From NCBI GenBank assembly GCA_013265495.1, contig MU057959.1:385202-438688 (forward strand): a stretch of DNA of 53,487 nt, written 5' to 3'. Position numbers and translations under genes: made by a program. The notes beneath the pieces were generated by a model. That model was not told the DNA's origin. It saw only the letters and a list, made by a program, of their open reading frames with translations, and searched no databases. This DNA comes from Vicugna vicugna (Eukaryota). Below are positions 49,966-53,487 of this stretch, piece after piece (the first letter of the stretch is position 1; each line of letters starts with the position of its first letter).

Positions 49966-50397
49966 GGTTATTGTTCAAAGAAACATTGTCACCATCATTC
50001 TTGCAACGGCACGCTCTTCCACTGCCGAATGCAACTGAAACCAGCCTTTGTGAAAGGTGTTTTCTCTGTGAGTTATTGTAGTAAAATTTATCCTTGCATT
50101 CCATGACATCACCGCCTCTATCAGCTCTCGGATTTATGTGATTTTTTTTCTGCTTCCATTAGGCGTGTCTCTTCTGATCTTCTTAGTTTAAATAGGCACT
50201 CAAGGACCCAACAATTGGCCCTCTGTGTTTTGCAGTCGGTCTGTTTCACTGGTCAAAACTCAGTTTTACATACACAGATAGTAAATAGGAGAATGTAGGT
50301 AGAGGTGATAGATACATGATATATACATAGATACAGACTGACAGAGAGATACAGATTTATAATTATTTACAATATATGTATATATTTTTTATACCTG

Positions 50398-50520
50398 CGT
50401 GAGATGATGGGTGTTCACTAATTCCTGGTTATGAAACTTCAAAACATTACGATGTAAACCTCAGACTTAGATAGTGCTTTCTGTCGGTTACAGCTCCATA
50501 AAGCTGTAAGAAAAGAAATG
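50398..50520 (+). mobile_element. L1MB-like 3' tip
   Basis: 'gtgagatgatgggtgttcacta..tgtaaacctcagactta..tgtcggttacagctccataaagctg'. Confidence 0.55.
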
Positions 50521-51287
50521 ATGTAACTGTATGTGTAAGCATAACAGATGTAGTGGATACACAGCGATATACAGACAATGTGTGTGTGCACGTATCAATT
50601 TCTGCAGTTACGTGTTTTATATACAAGCACATAGTCACATCATTTAAATACATCCCACGTACACATGCATGCTTCCAATCCCTCTACGACCCACGTCATT
50701 GCAAATCTGTACTCAGATCCGAACCCTTATATTCGAGCGTCCTGGATGGACACGTTTGCATGTCACGTAAATACCTTGAATTCACTTCACCTAAAATGAA
50801 TCAAGAAATGATCCAAAGGAAACCAAAACTGTAAGAGGAAGGGTCATGCATTATGCAAATTGCTGAACACTCTTCCTTTGTCTGTTTCCCAGGGTGGGAT
50901 GTTTTCCCGCAGGTAACACCTTCCCAGCCGGAAACTCGTTTCCATCTCAGACCCATGTCTTAATGTGGTTGTGTTTGACCCCTGGCCCCGTCAACGCCTC
51001 TAGGACAGGTGACTTGAGTGACTCAGCAGGAACATTCGCTGAAAAAATGGCCAGAGCCTTCCAGGGCTCTTGGCCCAGAAAAGAATGATCAGTGACGATT
51101 CGTTTGTCTACTAAATTCATGAACACATTATTTCATTACCTCTGAAAAATTGGTAGGCAACCCTTCAAGGGTGGTTTTTTTGGTTTGTTTTGTTTTTTCT
51201 TTTAATTTCTGGCCATTAAGCTGGTGGCATTATCTCATGCAAATGCAAGTTCATTTTTATATTCAGAGTTTTCTAAATTGAGGCCAA

Positions 51288-51416
51288 TTTTTATGGGGGT
51301 GGGGAATTAAGTTTATTTATTTATTATTATTTTTTTTAATGGAGGTAACAGGGATTGAACCCAGGACCTCACGCGTGCCAAGGACACGCTCTCCCCCTGA
51401 GCTCTGACCCTCCCCC
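51288..51416 (-). mobile_element. tRNA-Ala-derived SINE (Vic-1 type)
   Basis: 'tggaggtaacagggattgaacccaggacctcacgcgtgc..ctgagctctgaccctcccc' with a T-rich tail on the left. Confidence 0.9.
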
Positions 51417-52429
51417 TAAGGACGGTCTGGTTTCACACATGGTGACCAGTCTTTCTTGCAGATCCCTGGGTTACGACAAGTGGCCCATACAATTATTACT
51501 GTCCCGTTCCGTCCACAAATCTGCCCGGGAATGAATGAAGAAGCTCTTATGATCAACCTAGTTTTTGCTTCAAAAGAAAGAGCTTTCTTCTGAATATTGC
51601 CGTAAATTATCAGCATGGTAGCGGTGCGTTAGAGAGGATGGAGAATCGGGCTGCTTACGCAGAAATTCGCCCGTAACCTTGAACTTTAAAACATGCCGTA
51701 AAAACAGGTTGATACAGATTATAAATGTTACCTCTTTGCCAGGGACCGCATGTACTTACTCTCAGATGCAGCTTCATTTTCCCTTCAGGGTATAGTTTAG
51801 TTAATTTAATTCAGTTTTATTGCATTTATCTTAGCCGGGAGTCCGTCATTTTTAAGGTCTGAGCTGAGTTTTCAGAAACTATTCGGAATGGCTGGAACAT
51901 TGTGGCTTTGTCAGGGGTATATTTCTGCAAAAGAACTTCAGCATATGTGAGACTAAGGGAATTGCAAAAATCACCATTCTTAAATTCATTGCCTTCATTA
52001 TCTAAGTTCCGAGGAAAATGTCACGAAAACCCAGTGGCATGTGAGTTACTTATTCCCAACAAAAATTAAGGTTTTTTTTTTTTAAATGATTACTTTTTTG
52101 AAGATATTTTGAACATATGAATGTTTTCCTAGAATGCCTTGAGCAGTGGTGGGAAGCTAGCCATTGTCACCTTTCCATGGGAGCTAGGGACCCAGTTACA
52201 AGTTGGATTTTGTTCAATGACTCTGAATCCTGGTGAAAAAGTCTGGCTCGAAAGCAAGCACCCCGTTGTGGTGGTGGTGGGGGGGGTAGTTTCACGTCCA
52301 GAGGACCGCCGTCACAGCCGCTGAATCGACATCTAATAGTTTGCCGTGTTTCCTGGCTGTGTCTTGTGCTTTGGGGCTGTGAGGTTTTCCTGCCCAGAAA
52401 AGAACCAATATGGGATTTGTTTTGAGCAG

Positions 52430-52512
52430 AAAAGAAGAGTGAGAAAGAGACAGAGACAGAAGGGAGGGAGACAAGGAAGGAAGGAAGGAAGAGCGAGAGA
52501 GAAGGAGAAAAG
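52430..52512. repeat. Purine-rich (GA/GGAA)n tract
   Basis: Visible polypurine run. Confidence 0.85.
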
Positions 52513-52589
52513 AATTGAGTCACAACTCAGAATCCTGGGCTTGAAATGTCTGGGAGGGAGTCGGCAGAGACGTATATCCATTTTTATTT

Positions 52590-52748
52590 CCTGGTCATAT
52601 AAACTTTAGAATCAGTTTATTGATACCCATAAAACAGCTTGCTGGGGTTCTGACTGGGACTGCATCCAATCTGCAGATCACGCTGGGAAGGGCTGACAGC
52701 TGCAGACAGGTGGGAGATCCTCCGCCCACCCCCGGGCACCTGTCTCCC
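52590..52748 (-). mobile_element. L1M ORF2 fragment, GC-shifted
   Basis: 'catataaactttagaatcagttt..ttgctggggttctgactgggactgcatccaatctgcagatca' matches antisense ORF2. Confidence 0.8.
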
Positions 52749-52955
52749 AGGTCTGGTGTGTTCGTGGAATTGCAGCCTTGGGAGGGAGGGAGTCTGAGCT
52801 AGTATCTCAATAAACAGTAACCACACGGGACGTCCAGCTGCCCTCTTTTTTATACAGAACATTTCCATGCTTGCATATTTATTTTCCTTTTAATTCACTG
52901 ATTTTTTAAATGTCTTATCTTTAATTGGCTAACTTTTTATTGCATTTACTTAACA

Positions 52956-53487
52956 TTTTTTTTTACTTGTTTCTTTAAATTTTTTTATTATTATTGAAGT
53001 ATAGTTGATTTACAATGTTGTATATACTCTTTCATAGTTTTTTCATTATAGGTTATTACAAGGTGTTGAATGTAGTCCTCTGTGCCGTACAGTAGGTCCT
53101 TTTCATTTATCTGGGTTTTTTTTTTGTCATTTATCTATTTTATGTATAGTTGTGTGTATCTGATAATCCCAAACTCCTAATTTATCCCTCCCCACTTCCC
53201 CTTTGGTAACGGTAAATTTGTTTTCTATGTCTCTATGTCTATTCCTATTTTGTAAATAAGTTCATTTGTATCATTTGATATTCCCCATGTAAGCGATAGC
53301 ATATGATATTTGTCTTTCTCTGTCTGACTTACTTCACTTAGTATGAGAATCTTTAGGTCTATCCATGTTGCTGCTAATGGCATTATTTCATTCTTTTTCA
53401 TGGCTGAGTAGTATTCCATTGTATACAAATATATCACAACTTCTTTATCCAGTCATCTGTTGTTAGACATTTAGGCTGTTTCCATGT
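52956..53487 (-). mobile_element. LINE-1 3' end running off the window
   Basis: ORF 53225-53437 ([21 protein letters not shown]); T-rich tail on the left. Confidence 0.95.

Overview
Non-coding mammalian genomic DNA, most likely camelid (alpaca/camel). The species call rests on eight copies of a tRNA-Ala(AGC)-derived SINE of the Vic-1 type and many 5'-truncated lineage-specific LINE-1 3' ends, several with readable target-site duplications (TSDs). Older eutherian repeats are also present: L1M/L1MB/L1MC, MaLR MLT1, MER21, LTR33, a MER41-like LTR, the hAT elements MER20/MER53/MER58A, and L2. I could not support any host protein-coding exon; the only protein-like ORFs are fragments of the L1 ORF2 C-terminus. 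I found no convincing new biological system. The most notable signals are: (1) strongly AT->GC-skewed decay of repeats, with an orphan CpG-island-like patch carrying a CTCF motif at 15.7-16.1 kb, suggesting GC-biased gene conversion in a high-recombination region, possibly pseudoautosomal or subtelomeric; (2) a ~150-bp inverted duplication bracketing an internally inverted old L1 at 28.2-29.1 kb; (3) many short local tandem duplications, one of which duplicates part of the L1 ORF2 cysteine-rich motif in frame. Repeat family names come from recalled consensus sequences, not a database search, and boundaries without TSDs are approximate.
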